The notes: generated by a model not told the origin, from the sequence alone. DNA of 64,000 bases from Kiritimatiellia bacterium (GCA_040767085.1 JAXGPF010000004.1:1-64000); one strand, 5' to 3'; counted from the first letter of the stretch, positions 1 to 9,089 are shown. A program made the numbers and translations.

Positions 1-28
1 TGACAACATAGCCCGGTTATGTTATTAG
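1..28 (+). promoter_or_regulatory. Putative sigma-70 promoter with palindromic operator in spacer
   Basis: (T)TGACA at 1-5 (first base off-window), 17 nt, TATTAG at 23-28; AACATA-N7-TATGTT inverted repeat at 5-23. Confidence 0.4.
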
Positions 29-57
29 CTTTTACAAGTTAATACGGAGGTCAATTT

Positions 58-189
58 ATGGCAAACATACCGAAGCAAGTCCGCGAGTATATGCAAAAAA
101 TAGGCGTGAAAGGCGGCAAGAAGTCAAAGCGTGCAATCACACCGGCGCAGCAAAGGAAAATGCAGGCGGCGCGGAAAAAACGGAAGTGA
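58..189 (+). CDS. Small basic protein (43 aa) with KGG-type motif
   Basis: Not in ORF track; GGAGG SD at 46-50, ATG 58, MANIPKQVREYMQKIGVKGGKKSKRAITPAQQRKMQAARKKRK, TGA 187-189. Confidence 0.65.
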   Translation: MANIPKQVREYMQKIGVKGGKKSKRAITPAQQRKMQAARKKRK

Positions 190-283
190 AATATAATGCC
201 GCCGGCTGATCCCCGGCGGAAGTCCTGCCGGCGTCCGGCCATACCCGGCGCCGGCGGGCAATCCTGTATGGAGGGAAGTAAAC

Positions 284-1351
284 ATGCAATTAGCACATAA
301 CAGCGTTCAGGGATTGATTGACAGGGAAAAGCGCGGGATGTTGACAGACGAAGACAAGTTGCTAATTAAGGAGATTAACGCAACCGTCGAAAAAGCCAGG
401 TCAAATATTTTTGGATTGTTGAACGAAACAGGATTAAAAACATGGCCAAAATTACCGCGTTTATCGGCGGAAGAGCAAGAGGTGTTGCGTGAAATCCTGT
501 TCACTCCGGAAGGATTACAAGATTTTCAATGTCAAATTTTGCAAAACGTCCATCAGGGACGAGCGGTTTTAAAAAAATCCGCTCTTGAAAAACTGAAGAA
601 TGATGTCGTTGCCGCACAAAAACAGAAAGATGAAGCAGACGAGAGGTTGGCGGAAGTAATGGAAAAGCGTGTTCCGCTTTTTTCAAAAATTCTTCAACTG
701 TTTAATAATGATGAAGCGCTGTTTTTTTTGCGCTTGTTTTCGTGTCGTTTTGAAAAGGTAACATCTACAGTCTTTGAGCGTGAAGACGTACCAGAATTTA
801 TGTCCGCCACGGCATATCTAAGGCGGGGAATGGCACCCGCAGATGTTGTCAAAAAGATGCAAGAGAACGAAAAAAAAGCTATTTTGAAACCGTATCGGAA
901 AAAAGCAAAAGTTGGCCGCTGGCGCTTGCCATACGGAGCCGAGATTGCGCGAGAGATGCAGACATCGGAAGCAAATGTTAGCCAACGCAAAAAAAGGCTG
1001 TTTGAAAAATTTCCAGCCGTTCAAACGTATTATGACCAAACCGGGACAGCATTAAATGAAGCCTATGAGTCAGCCCGCAAATTCGAGGCGACAAAAGACA
1101 GCTTCGACGAGTTGCAAAATATACCTGACGGCCAAGGTGGATTCACAGAACATCCAAAATTAATGAAACAATATGTTAAAGCGGCGGATTGCGAAAATCG
1201 AAAAAGTTTTGAGTATCATTCAGCGAGGGCAATAATTGATCAATGCTATAGGTGGATAAATACTAACGGCCGCAGCGGCCCAAGAATGTCCAAAGAAAAT
1301 CTGATTGAAGGTATTAGACCAATAATAATTGACCTGGAAAAGATATCATAG
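284..1351 (+). CDS. Hypothetical AT-rich protein with internal HTH-like segment
   Basis: 355 aa ORF, GGAGGG SD, segment YGAEIAREMQTSEANVSQRKKRL resembles an HTH; followed by terminator. Confidence 0.75.
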   Translation: MQLAHNSVQGLIDREKRGMLTDEDKLLIKEINATVEKARSNIFGLLNETGLKTWPKLPRLSAEEQEVLREILFTPEGLQDFQCQILQNVHQGRAVLKKSALEKLKNDVVAAQKQKDEADERLAEVMEKRVPLFSKILQLFNNDEALFFLRLFSCRFEKVTSTVFEREDVPEFMSATAYLRRGMAPADVVKKMQENEKKAILKPYRKKAKVGRWRLPYGAEIAREMQTSEANVSQRKKRLFEKFPAVQTYYDQTGTALNEAYESARKFEATKDSFDELQNIPDGQGGFTEHPKLMKQYVKAADCENRKSFEYHSARAIIDQCYRWINTNGRSGPRMSKENLIEGIRPIIIDLEKIS

Positions 1352-1386
1352 AGTTAACCCGCTGACATTGACATAATATTCTCTCT

Positions 1387-1421
1387 AAGAGGGGGTTGCA
1401 AGCGCAGCCCCCTCTTTTTTT
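1387..1421 (+). terminator. Rho-independent terminator
   Basis: AAGAGGGGGTTGC-AAGC-GCAGCCCCCTCTT stem followed by T run. Confidence 0.8.
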
Positions 1422-1489
1422 GTGCCCATACTTCAGGTTTTTGCCCTTCCTATTAGGGGAAGATAACCTAAGAAGAAAAAGGAGAAATA

Positions 1490-1714
1490 ATGAGTATGGC
1501 GCCACAAACACCGATGGGAAAAAGGCGGATCGCTTTAGGATTTTCCGCCCTTGAGTTTGCCCGGCTTTTGCAAGCACAAATTCCCGAAATGACCGAAGGT
1601 CGATTATTTAGGATCGAAACCGGGAGACTGAAAGCCAGGCCGGAGGAAAAGGAAATCATTGCCCGGCTTTTGGGATGCCGGACATGGGAACTGGATTGCG
1701 AGGTGAACCAATGA
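1490..1714 (+). CDS. Cro/XRE-family HTH regulator
   Basis: RRIALGFSALEFARLL...RLFRIETGR...IARLLGC pattern; AAGGAG SD. Confidence 0.8.
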   Translation: MSMAPQTPMGKRRIALGFSALEFARLLQAQIPEMTEGRLFRIETGRLKARPEEKEIIARLLGCRTWELDCEVNQ

Positions 1715-2001
1715 GCGCCGCCAACATCGAAATTGCCCGCCTTGCTATCCGTGGACTTTCGGCAAAAGACCGCGCCGCCCTGCTCCGGGACTTGACCGCG
1801 CAGACCGCCGAACAGCCGCCGGAGCGGTTACTTCGGCGCGCAGCGGTTGCGGCCCGGCTTTCATGTTCGTTGCGCTTGGTGGACTTACTCGCCGCCCGCG
1901 GTCAGTTGACCCGGATTAAACTTCCGGGACGGCAGAGGGGCAATGGATTTTTGCAGTCGGAGGTGGCGGCCTTGCTGGCCGGCGGAGGCAACCATGGCTA
2001 A
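1711..2001 (+). CDS. AlpA/excisionase-like DNA-binding protein
   Basis: RLLRRAAVAARLSCSLRLVDLL...RIKL...FLQSEVAALL winged-HTH pattern; ATGA overlap with upstream gene; GAGGTG SD. Confidence 0.7.
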   Translation: MSAANIEIARLAIRGLSAKDRAALLRDLTAQTAEQPPERLLRRAAVAARLSCSLRLVDLLAARGQLTRIKLPGRQRGNGFLQSEVAALLAGGGNHG

Positions 2002-3472
2002 AATAATTCAATCACCAGCCGGCCAATCACCGGACACCAGCGCGGAGACCGCCTTGCTTGGCGCGATCCTGGCCGATTACGGGCGAGTAATGCCAGCGGT
2101 GAACGCCGCCGGGATTACAACATCGGACTTTTACAGTCCGGACAACAGGCGGCTATTTTCCGCCATGTTAGAAATGTATGCCGCCGGCGCGCCGATTGAT
2201 ACGTTGACGGTTAGCCGCAAGACCGGCATGGAAGTCATTGCGCTTGATGCGGTCATGCAGGCATGTCCAACCCCGGCCCACGCGCAGCACTACATTATCC
2301 AGGTGCAGGCCGCCGCCCAGCGCCGCCACCTGGTGGAAATCGGGCTTGAGTTGCAGCAGGCGGCCACGGACGACCGCGCCCCAGCAGACATTGCCGCCAG
2401 CTTCCGCGAACGCCTGGAAGGTGTTGACGGCCATGGTGAAAGCATTGATCCGTTAAACGCGGCGACATGGGCTGTTGAACAAGTGCCACCGCCAGATCAA
2501 ATTCTTGATGAACTTTTCGACGCCGGCACGAAAGCCGTCATTGTCGCACCATCGAAAGCGCGCAAATCTTTTTTTCTGCTGCAAATGGCGGTGACGATTG
2601 CCGGCAACAAGTCAGAATTCCTTGGCTGGCGTATCCCAAAGCAGCGCCGCGTGCTGTTCTGGAATCTTGAGATTACCCCGGCGCACCTGCATAAACGGTT
2701 GACATGGACGCTTCACGCCCTGGACATGCAACCCGGCGCCCTGGCCGACCGCCTGCATATCCTGAACAGCCGCGGCGCCGACATCGGCCTGCGTCAAGTG
2801 ATGGTATTCATTAAAAAATATGGCATCGAAGTGCTTTTTGTTGACCCGATTTATAAGCTCATCCCCGGCGATGAGTCCGGGCAAGAGGAAATCAAACGGC
2901 TGTTGCGCGACCTGGACAAGCTTTGCTGTGAAACCGGCGTGGCCATAGTTTATTCCCACCATACCGCGAAAGGCATATCCGGCGACCGGCAGACGATAGA
3001 CCGGGCATCGGGCAGCGGCGTATTGGCGCGCGACTTTGACGCCATGATCAGCCTGGTGCCCCACGTCCAGGAAGGCTTGCTGGTATGCGAGCAGATAGCC
3101 AGGTCATACCCGCCGCGGGACGCCTTCAGCATCGAATTTAACACAGATCAGGGTTGTTTCATGGTTGCGGATGGGGTCGCGCCAGTCTGCCAGACATCCA
3201 ACAACCGCAGCCGGTCAGGCCGGACGGGAAACACCATAAAGGAAGATGATGTTCTGGCTTTGGTTGCGGAACGCCCGTTGCCGGCGTTGGTTTTCAGGTC
3301 GGAATTGCGGCGGATAGGCTTGACGGAACGCGCCGCCAGGGAAACCCGCGCCCGCCTGGTGGACACCGGCCAGTTGGTGGAGTATTCGCCACCTACATAC
3401 CCGCGTCAAATTGTAATCGGAACCCCGGATGCCATCGAAATCTTACAACGGAGCAACTGCAATGGAAAATAG
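1994..3472 (+). CDS. Replication helicase: DnaB N-terminal-like domain fused to AAA_25/RepA-type ATPase
   Basis: AETALLGAIL...DFYSPDNRRLFSAM...PIDTLTV (DnaB_N); Walker A-like APSKARKS, Walker B LFVDP, HHTAK and SGSGVL motifs; GGAGG SD. Confidence 0.85.
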   Translation: MAKIIQSPAGQSPDTSAETALLGAILADYGRVMPAVNAAGITTSDFYSPDNRRLFSAMLEMYAAGAPIDTLTVSRKTGMEVIALDAVMQACPTPAHAQHYIIQVQAAAQRRHLVEIGLELQQAATDDRAPADIAASFRERLEGVDGHGESIDPLNAATWAVEQVPPPDQILDELFDAGTKAVIVAPSKARKSFFLLQMAVTIAGNKSEFLGWRIPKQRRVLFWNLEITPAHLHKRLTWTLHALDMQPGALADRLHILNSRGADIGLRQVMVFIKKYGIEVLFVDPIYKLIPGDESGQEEIKRLLRDLDKLCCETGVAIVYSHHTAKGISGDRQTIDRASGSGVLARDFDAMISLVPHVQEGLLVCEQIARSYPPRDAFSIEFNTDQGCFMVADGVAPVCQTSNNRSRSGRTGNTIKEDDVLALVAERPLPALVFRSELRRIGLTERAARETRARLVDTGQLVEYSPPTYPRQIVIGTPDAIEILQRSNCNGK

Positions 3473-3473
3473 C

Positions 3474-3686
3474 GTCCAGACAGCAAAACATTGGGGTTTT
3501 TACTGTCTGGACAGCGTCCAGACAGGGACGGCCAAACAAGGTTTAGACATGCCGAACTCAATTCCGCCCTTTATTTGCAACTGTTTGGACTGTCTTGACG
3601 CTTTTTATCCAGACAGTGTCCAGACAGCGCTTTTCCCCTGTCTGGACACACACCACCCTTTAGGGTGTGTGTCGCGACAGGACAGC
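3474..3686. repeat. Iteron-like array, putative replication origin of the element
   Basis: GTCCAGACAG at 3474, 3516, 3618; reverse complement at 3503, 3638; variants at 3581, 3607; hairpin GACACAC..ACCC-TTTA-GGGTGTGTGTC near 3645-3673. Confidence 0.75.
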
Positions 3687-3718
3687 GCCGCGTGTCAAGG
3701 CATGAAATTAGGGATTTT

Positions 3719-3931
3719 ATGAAATCTGAAACCTACATCTTAAAGACCACCGGCGTCACAGTAACCGGCACCATGTCACCCGCCGGGCAGTGGACATGCA
3801 CCTGGAACCCGCCACCGCCATACACGGCAGAGATCGGCCGGCAGATATTGCGTGATTATGAGCCATGGCGCAACGCGGCATTTGCAGATTACGCGAGGAA
3901 AACGGGCAAGAGGATATTAATTCTGTCGTAA
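3719..3931 (+). CDS. Hypothetical protein (70 aa)
   Basis: ATG after AGGGA; compact ORF co-oriented in element operon. Confidence 0.55.
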   Translation: MKSETYILKTTGVTVTGTMSPAGQWTCTWNPPPPYTAEIGRQILRDYEPWRNAAFADYARKTGKRILILS

Positions 3932-3946
3932 AAAGGAGGCCAGCAC

Positions 3947-4078
3947 ATGAACCAACAACCCCACCACCAACACCGGCTTGTCATCCCCGACGCCGTGATC
4001 CGCGTCATGGCGTTTATCGGGTACGCCATCGGCGGACTGCTGGCCGGTCAGGTCATAGGGATTCTGTTGTTTTATTGA
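3947..4078 (+). CDS. Small single-pass membrane protein (43 aa)
   Basis: Not in ORF track; AAGGAGG SD; MNQQPHHQHRLVIPDAVIRVMAFIGYAIGGLLAGQVIGILLFY. Confidence 0.65.
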   Translation: MNQQPHHQHRLVIPDAVIRVMAFIGYAIGGLLAGQVIGILLFY

Positions 4079-4088
4079 GGAGGCACCC

Positions 4089-4346
4089 ATGCAGACCCCA
4101 CTAATTGAAATCCGACTTTCCGCGGGCAGGTCAATCAGCTTTACCGCCCACCACGGTCATGTGCAGGTAATCGCTGAAGGTGGATTTATCCATCCCGCGG
4201 AACTGGCCATGGCCAAGCGGGAGGCCGCCCAACGCCTGGCCGATGCCGCCGGCGCGCCCATCCGTGACGATGGAGCAGTCATACGAACCCCGCCGCGATC
4301 CATCCGGCAGGGCATATCAAACCCGGTTGATCCGCCGGCCAGATGA
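4089..4346 (+). CDS. Hypothetical protein (85 aa)
   Basis: AGGAGG SD; co-oriented. Confidence 0.6.
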   Translation: MQTPLIEIRLSAGRSISFTAHHGHVQVIAEGGFIHPAELAMAKREAAQRLADAAGAPIRDDGAVIRTPPRSIRQGISNPVDPPAR

Positions 4347-4413
4347 AGGGAGGTGCAACGCGGTAATTGAACGATGAACGACAGACAACATTAATCCTAA
4401 AGAGGAAAACACC

Positions 4414-4587
4414 ATGCACAAACAGACGAAATCCGAGCAGTTAGAAGAAAAGCGGCAGTCACTCGCGGCAGAATGTCAGAACGTGAAGCCGGGCGATACC
4501 AGCAAGATCATGCTGGAAATCGCCATTGCGACCCTGGAGGCGCAAATTGCGATCCTTCAGAGGATCGAAGCCAACACCATGCGGTAA
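4414..4587 (+). CDS. Small helical protein (57 aa)
   Basis: Not in ORF track; AGAGGA SD; MHKQTKSEQLEEKRQSLAAECQ...ILQRIEANTMR. Confidence 0.6.
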   Translation: MHKQTKSEQLEEKRQSLAAECQNVKPGDTSKIMLEIAIATLEAQIAILQRIEANTMR

Positions 4588-4622
4588 GAGACACGAACAC
4601 CAAACCAAGGAGGATTCAGACC

Positions 4623-5165
4623 ATGAACGATAACATCGAAACGAAATTGCAGGAAGCGCAAGCGGCAGTTGCGGAGATGCGCCAGGAGTTGACCAAGGTC
4701 GAAGGCGACCTTGCGCGCCTGGACACGACCAGCGGCGACTTGGAAAAGGCCGTTGACGCTCAAATCAGGTTGACGGCCAAGCGCGATATTCTGGCCCGCC
4801 GGCTGGAGGTTGCCACCGCCGCCGCCGATGAACTCAATGCCGAGATGTTGCTTGAGAAGGCAGAGGGCTTACGTGCGCAGGTCAGAGCCAACGCCGCCGC
4901 CCTGAATAAGGCCAGGCAGACCGCCCGCGCCGAATTCCAAAAGCTGATCATAGGGGGGGAGCTTGAAGCCCACCAGGCGGCCAGGCTGGCCGGCATGATC
5001 GAAATGCACCGCGAGGTTGCCCCGCTCTTATCGCAAAGGGAATTCCTTACCGCCCGATGCCTGGAGGCCGAACGCGCCGCGGCGGATGCGAAGCGCACCC
5101 GAGCGATTCAGGAGAGCCAAGCGGCGGCACGGATGCAGGAGAATGTTTTCGAAGGGAATATTTAA
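4623..5165 (+). CDS. Coiled-coil hypothetical protein (180 aa)
   Basis: AAGGAGG SD before MNDNIETKLQ; Ala/Glu/Leu heptad pattern. Confidence 0.75.
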   Translation: MNDNIETKLQEAQAAVAEMRQELTKVEGDLARLDTTSGDLEKAVDAQIRLTAKRDILARRLEVATAAADELNAEMLLEKAEGLRAQVRANAAALNKARQTARAEFQKLIIGGELEAHQAARLAGMIEMHREVAPLLSQREFLTARCLEAERAAADAKRTRAIQESQAAARMQENVFEGNI

Positions 5166-5188
5166 GCAACACAGGAGGATACAGCACT

Positions 5189-5590
5189 ATGAAAACCAGA
5201 CTCGATTACAAACCGTGGAAAATCAGCGTTGCCGCGGCTTACCGGCAGAACACGGACGGCAAGGACGCCGCCATCCCGATCCGAACCGGCCCGGGCGTTG
5301 ACTCCGTTGCGGCGGAAATCTATGCGGGGGTGAGGTCATGGAGGCGCTTTCCGACCTGCTTCGGGGATGCCGGCACCCCGGACGCGGAGACCGTCTATAT
5401 CTTGCTCGACCGGATTGCAACGCCGCTTGCATTGCTCGATCCGAAATACTCGACCATTGCCAAGGCCGAGAAAATCCGCCCAAGCGAATTGCCGAAAGCG
5501 TTGCGTGATTTGTTTCAGCACCTTGTGGCGCTGGGACACGCCCAACCCAATGTTGAGACGGACACCGAGACGGAAGGAAAACGCGCTTGA
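5189..5590 (+). CDS. Hypothetical protein (133 aa)
   Basis: AGGAGG SD before MKTRLDYKPW. Confidence 0.7.
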   Translation: MKTRLDYKPWKISVAAAYRQNTDGKDAAIPIRTGPGVDSVAAEIYAGVRSWRRFPTCFGDAGTPDAETVYILLDRIATPLALLDPKYSTIAKAEKIRPSELPKALRDLFQHLVALGHAQPNVETDTETEGKRA

Positions 5591-5910
5591 AACGTGCAAC
5601 GACAAGACAGGACGCGGCGACGGCTGGCAACCGTCGCTTGCGATCCAGGAAGCCACAAGTGAGCCGATTGCGCAGGACGCCCGACCAGACGCGAGCTTTA
5701 CGGCGAAATCTGCAAAATCTGACAGCCGCATTTTATAAAGCGTTGTGTGACTTCACGCCAAAGAAAGGTATTTGATTTGAAAACGGATGCACGCATGCAG
5801 AAAAAGGGGCGTAGGTACTACTCCGGGTATAGGGCACTCGTTCCAGCTCGACACCCCGGTGTTTATGTGCGCGCAAGCTCGAAACCCAACCAAGACAAAA
5901 GGATAAATTT

Positions 5911-6627
5911 ATGACAAAAGAGACAAAACGTCTTTTAACCACAAAAGAGTTATGCAGCAAGCTCCAAATTCACAGGCACCGGCTTGAAAAAATGGTTGCG
6001 GACGGCTTGCCAGTTGCCGGCAGGAAAGCGACCCGCGGCCGGCCAAGCTGGATGTTCGATCCAGAGCAAGTTGCAGTCTGGGCCGCGGCTGCCGGCCGTG
6101 ACATCCCGGCAATCGCCGGCGAGGAAATCAAGCAGGCAGTCATAGAGGATGTGCCCGCCCAGGTGGACACCCCGCCCGCGCCCGTGGACACCCCACCCAG
6201 CCAGCAGGACACCGACGCGGAGCCTATCGCCCTGCAGCTTCAGGCGGAGCGTTCCCAATATCAAAAATTGTTTTCGCGGTTCCTGCGCACCCACGCCGGC
6301 GCCGATGCGGCAGGCGTTGCCGCCCTGGCCAAGGCAATCACGCTCAAATCTGATGCCCTGCGCCGGCTGGAATTGTCCGTCATCGAATATCAGCGCAAAA
6401 CGGGCGAACTGGTCAGCGTGGACTTGGTAACTCAAAAATTCTACGAGCTTGCCAGCGGCACCCGTGAACGCGTCATGGCTTTACCAAATGAGCTTATCCC
6501 AGTCTTGAAGCCATATCTGCGAGACCCGGACGAGGTCGGACGGATAAAGGATATTATTGACTCCGCAATCCGGCGCGCTCTAACCGTTTTGCCAAAATCA
6601 ATGCCTAAATTGGAGGTGGAAAAATGA
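5911..6627 (+). CDS. Terminase small subunit, lambda Nu1-like
   Basis: N-terminal winged HTH (TTKELCSKLQI..RLEKMVADGLP...FDPEQVAVW) and C-terminal RRLEL...GELVSVD...RERVMALP pattern of Nu1-type TerS. Confidence 0.7.
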   Translation: MTKETKRLLTTKELCSKLQIHRHRLEKMVADGLPVAGRKATRGRPSWMFDPEQVAVWAAAAGRDIPAIAGEEIKQAVIEDVPAQVDTPPAPVDTPPSQQDTDAEPIALQLQAERSQYQKLFSRFLRTHAGADAAGVAALAKAITLKSDALRRLELSVIEYQRKTGELVSVDLVTQKFYELASGTRERVMALPNELIPVLKPYLRDPDEVGRIKDIIDSAIRRALTVLPKSMPKLEVEK

Positions 6628-7364
6628 ATCAACCCGCGATCCATTGCGCCCACGATAAACTTGTGCCCCTGGATGAGTTGAAGCCGCACCCCAAAAACCC
6701 GAACACCCACCCGCAAGCACAGATTGAAATGCTTGCGCGGGTAATCACCGCCACGGGCTGGCGGCACCCGGTCATTGTGTCCCGGCAATCCGGCTATGTT
6801 TGCGCCGGACATGGCAGACTCGCGGCGGCGCGCCTGGCCGGGCTGGACTCCGTTCCGGTCAATTACCAGTCATTCAAGACCGAGGCGGAAGAAATCGAAT
6901 TTTTGATTGCAGACAACCGGCTGGCCGAATTATCCGACACAGACGAACACCTGCTGGCCGAGCTTGTCAAGAATTGTCCCGGTATTGATGCCGCGATGAC
7001 GGGCTACGACCCCGACGCGCTTCAAAAGTTGATTGATACCGACCCGGCCGCCGAGCTGGCCGGCGCGATCCGATCCGAGCAGGAGCACCACGCCAACGAC
7101 GCGCCCGACCCCCAGGCCGTCATTGATGGACTTTCCGGCCATATCCAACGACTGGCCGAACAGCACCCGGAGCGGCTGAAGGATGCCGTTGCCGTGATCC
7201 TGCCTGCCGGGCGAGGTCATACGCGCGATTGCTTGATCCTGGCAGATCCGGCTTGTGCCGATGCCGCCGCCGAACTCCGCCGCCACGTTGACGCCGGCGA
7301 GAAATCCCCCGTTGCGTCGTTATTGTCCGCACTCTTACCGATGGGAGGCGGCGCCACCCCATGA
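6624..7364 (+). CDS. ParB/sulfiredoxin N-terminal domain protein
   Basis: LKPHPKNPNTH...GW..PVIV....AGHGRLAAA...IADNRLAE motifs; ATGA overlap with terS. Confidence 0.85.
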   Translation: MNQPAIHCAHDKLVPLDELKPHPKNPNTHPQAQIEMLARVITATGWRHPVIVSRQSGYVCAGHGRLAAARLAGLDSVPVNYQSFKTEAEEIEFLIADNRLAELSDTDEHLLAELVKNCPGIDAAMTGYDPDALQKLIDTDPAAELAGAIRSEQEHHANDAPDPQAVIDGLSGHIQRLAEQHPERLKDAVAVILPAGRGHTRDCLILADPACADAAAELRRHVDAGEKSPVASLLSALLPMGGGATP

Positions 7365-8242
7365 AAACCGCCCTTGCCATCATTGACGCAGCCTTTACCG
7401 CCAACCCGCGAGGATGCCTTGCGTTTAGTGGCGGGTCGGATTCGCTTGTGTTGATGGATATTGTTTTCACGCGCACCAGCCACCGCCCGCCCGTAGTGTT
7501 CGCTGATGATCAAATGTCACACCCCGACACGCTCCCATTTATCCGCGAGACGTGCAAACGATATGGCGCAGAACTTCATATTGCCCGCGCCAGCAGGACG
7601 CCACTTGAGCAATGGCAGAAATCCGGCTGGCCAATGCTTGGAAAACTCGCGGCGCGCCTATGGATGCAGAGGCACCGGCAGCGCAATATGGGATTCAAGC
7701 TGGACGTATCTTCATGTTGCCGAACTATGAAAATACTACCGGCCCGTAAATTAGTAAAATCGCTTGGCAGCACCATGCAGTTGACCGGCCAGCGCGGCCA
7801 GGCAGACGACGCCTTGCGTGGATTGCGGGCGATCAAAGACACCGCCACGGCTTTCAACAAGGCCGACAAGCTCTTTATCGTATCGCCGTTGACCGGCTGG
7901 ACGGACTCCATGATAACGCGCTATCTCGCGCAAAACGCCATCCCGGAACACCCCGCCAAGGCCGCGGGCGCCGTGACTATCGGTTGTGTGCTTTGTGGTG
8001 GAGGAGCCCAGTTTTCTAATTCCGGTTTTCCCATACTCCGCCGGCAATGCCCCGATCTATGGCGTCAATTCATGGTTGACTGGAAGGCCGGCGAAATTGT
8101 GCTGGCAATCAAATTCGATCAGCCGTTGCCAGTGATCCGCCAGGCCATTGACCGGCTGGGAGGACTGGAGGCAATCGCCGACCGGATGCCGCATGTATTC
8201 GATTATCTACGAATTCTGCCAATGGGGGGTTATGACAAATGA
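7361..8242 (+). CDS. PAPS-reductase-family (PP-loop, Fe-S) protein
   Basis: FSGGSDS PP-loop, CC..MKILP, TGQR, PLTGWT, IGCVLC motifs. Confidence 0.85.
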   Translation: MKTALAIIDAAFTANPRGCLAFSGGSDSLVLMDIVFTRTSHRPPVVFADDQMSHPDTLPFIRETCKRYGAELHIARASRTPLEQWQKSGWPMLGKLAARLWMQRHRQRNMGFKLDVSSCCRTMKILPARKLVKSLGSTMQLTGQRGQADDALRGLRAIKDTATAFNKADKLFIVSPLTGWTDSMITRYLAQNAIPEHPAKAAGAVTIGCVLCGGGAQFSNSGFPILRRQCPDLWRQFMVDWKAGEIVLAIKFDQPLPVIRQAIDRLGGLEAIADRMPHVFDYLRILPMGGYDK

Positions 8243-8823
8243 AAACACCCCCCGCGATGGACAACCAGCAGAAATTTATTCTTGCATGTCATGAGGCCGG
8301 GCACGCCGTTTTGTCGCATGTCTTGAACGAGCGGCCGGTCAAGCACATTCATTTATTCGGCGACCAAGGCGGCTATTGTGACTTAGGCAAACTCCCGGAC
8401 ACCGGCGGCGACGTGCGCGACCGCGTTGAATCGCTGTTGATTGTGTCGCTGGCCGGCCAGGCTTCCGCCAACCATGCCAAATTTATCCCGTGGACAATCA
8501 CCGGCGCGCCCCAGCCGGCCGCCAAGCCCATCCCCCAGGCAATCAATCATATCCGGCAAAAGTCTTTTAATCTGTTATATCACGATGCCCACGGACCGCA
8601 AGAACTCACTGACGCCGCATATCAAACCAAACTAGCCGGACGCCTTTTTCCCGATACTATAGGCCCTTATCTTTACTGGATGGCACGCCGGACTGATGCG
8701 CTTGTCATTAATCACTGGCCGGCTATTCAGGCCGTTGCCGTTGCGCTGTTCCATCGGTCATATATCAAGCGGCGCGAATTCCTGCAGATCATTAACATGG
8801 AGGTGAAAAAATGCGCTCTATGA
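8239..8823 (+). CDS. HExxH zinc metallopeptidase-like protein (M41/FtsH protease-domain-like)
   Basis: ACHEAGHAV, LIVSLAG, and WPAIQAVAVALF C-terminal pattern. Confidence 0.7.
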   Translation: MKTPPAMDNQQKFILACHEAGHAVLSHVLNERPVKHIHLFGDQGGYCDLGKLPDTGGDVRDRVESLLIVSLAGQASANHAKFIPWTITGAPQPAAKPIPQAINHIRQKSFNLLYHDAHGPQELTDAAYQTKLAGRLFPDTIGPYLYWMARRTDALVINHWPAIQAVAVALFHRSYIKRREFLQIINMEVKKCAL

Positions 8824-9089
8824 CTTTCACCCACGGCACACTTGGCAGTTTATGGCTTGAAGCCGACGCCCGCGGCCGCGTCATTGTCAGGACAGCCGGC
8901 AGGCTATCCGCCGTTGCCCGCTCCGGTTTGCTCGAACTTGCCATTGACGACCTGGCCGCCCGCTCCAGTTTGCCCGCATACGTTTTACAGGCGTTGATTG
9001 TGGGGAATTCCACCCCGTGGCCGCGCCGGGTATTCGCTTGGTTTGTCAAAACGATTCGCGCAAGGGAGTTGTCAGGATTAGAACATTGA
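8811..9089 (+). CDS. Hypothetical protein (92 aa)
   Basis: GGAGGTG SD; overlaps upstream stop. Confidence 0.55.
   Translation: MRSMTFTHGTLGSLWLEADARGRVIVRTAGRLSAVARSGLLELAIDDLAARSSLPAYVLQALIVGNSTPWPRRVFAWFVKTIRARELSGLEH

Noticed and set aside
3429-3722. 97-aa ORF with CLD/VQT repeats
   Set aside because: Peptide repeats are translations of the iterons in both orientations
7361-8242. cysH for sulfate assimilation
   Set aside because: Sits in a mobile-element packaging operon with no cys genes
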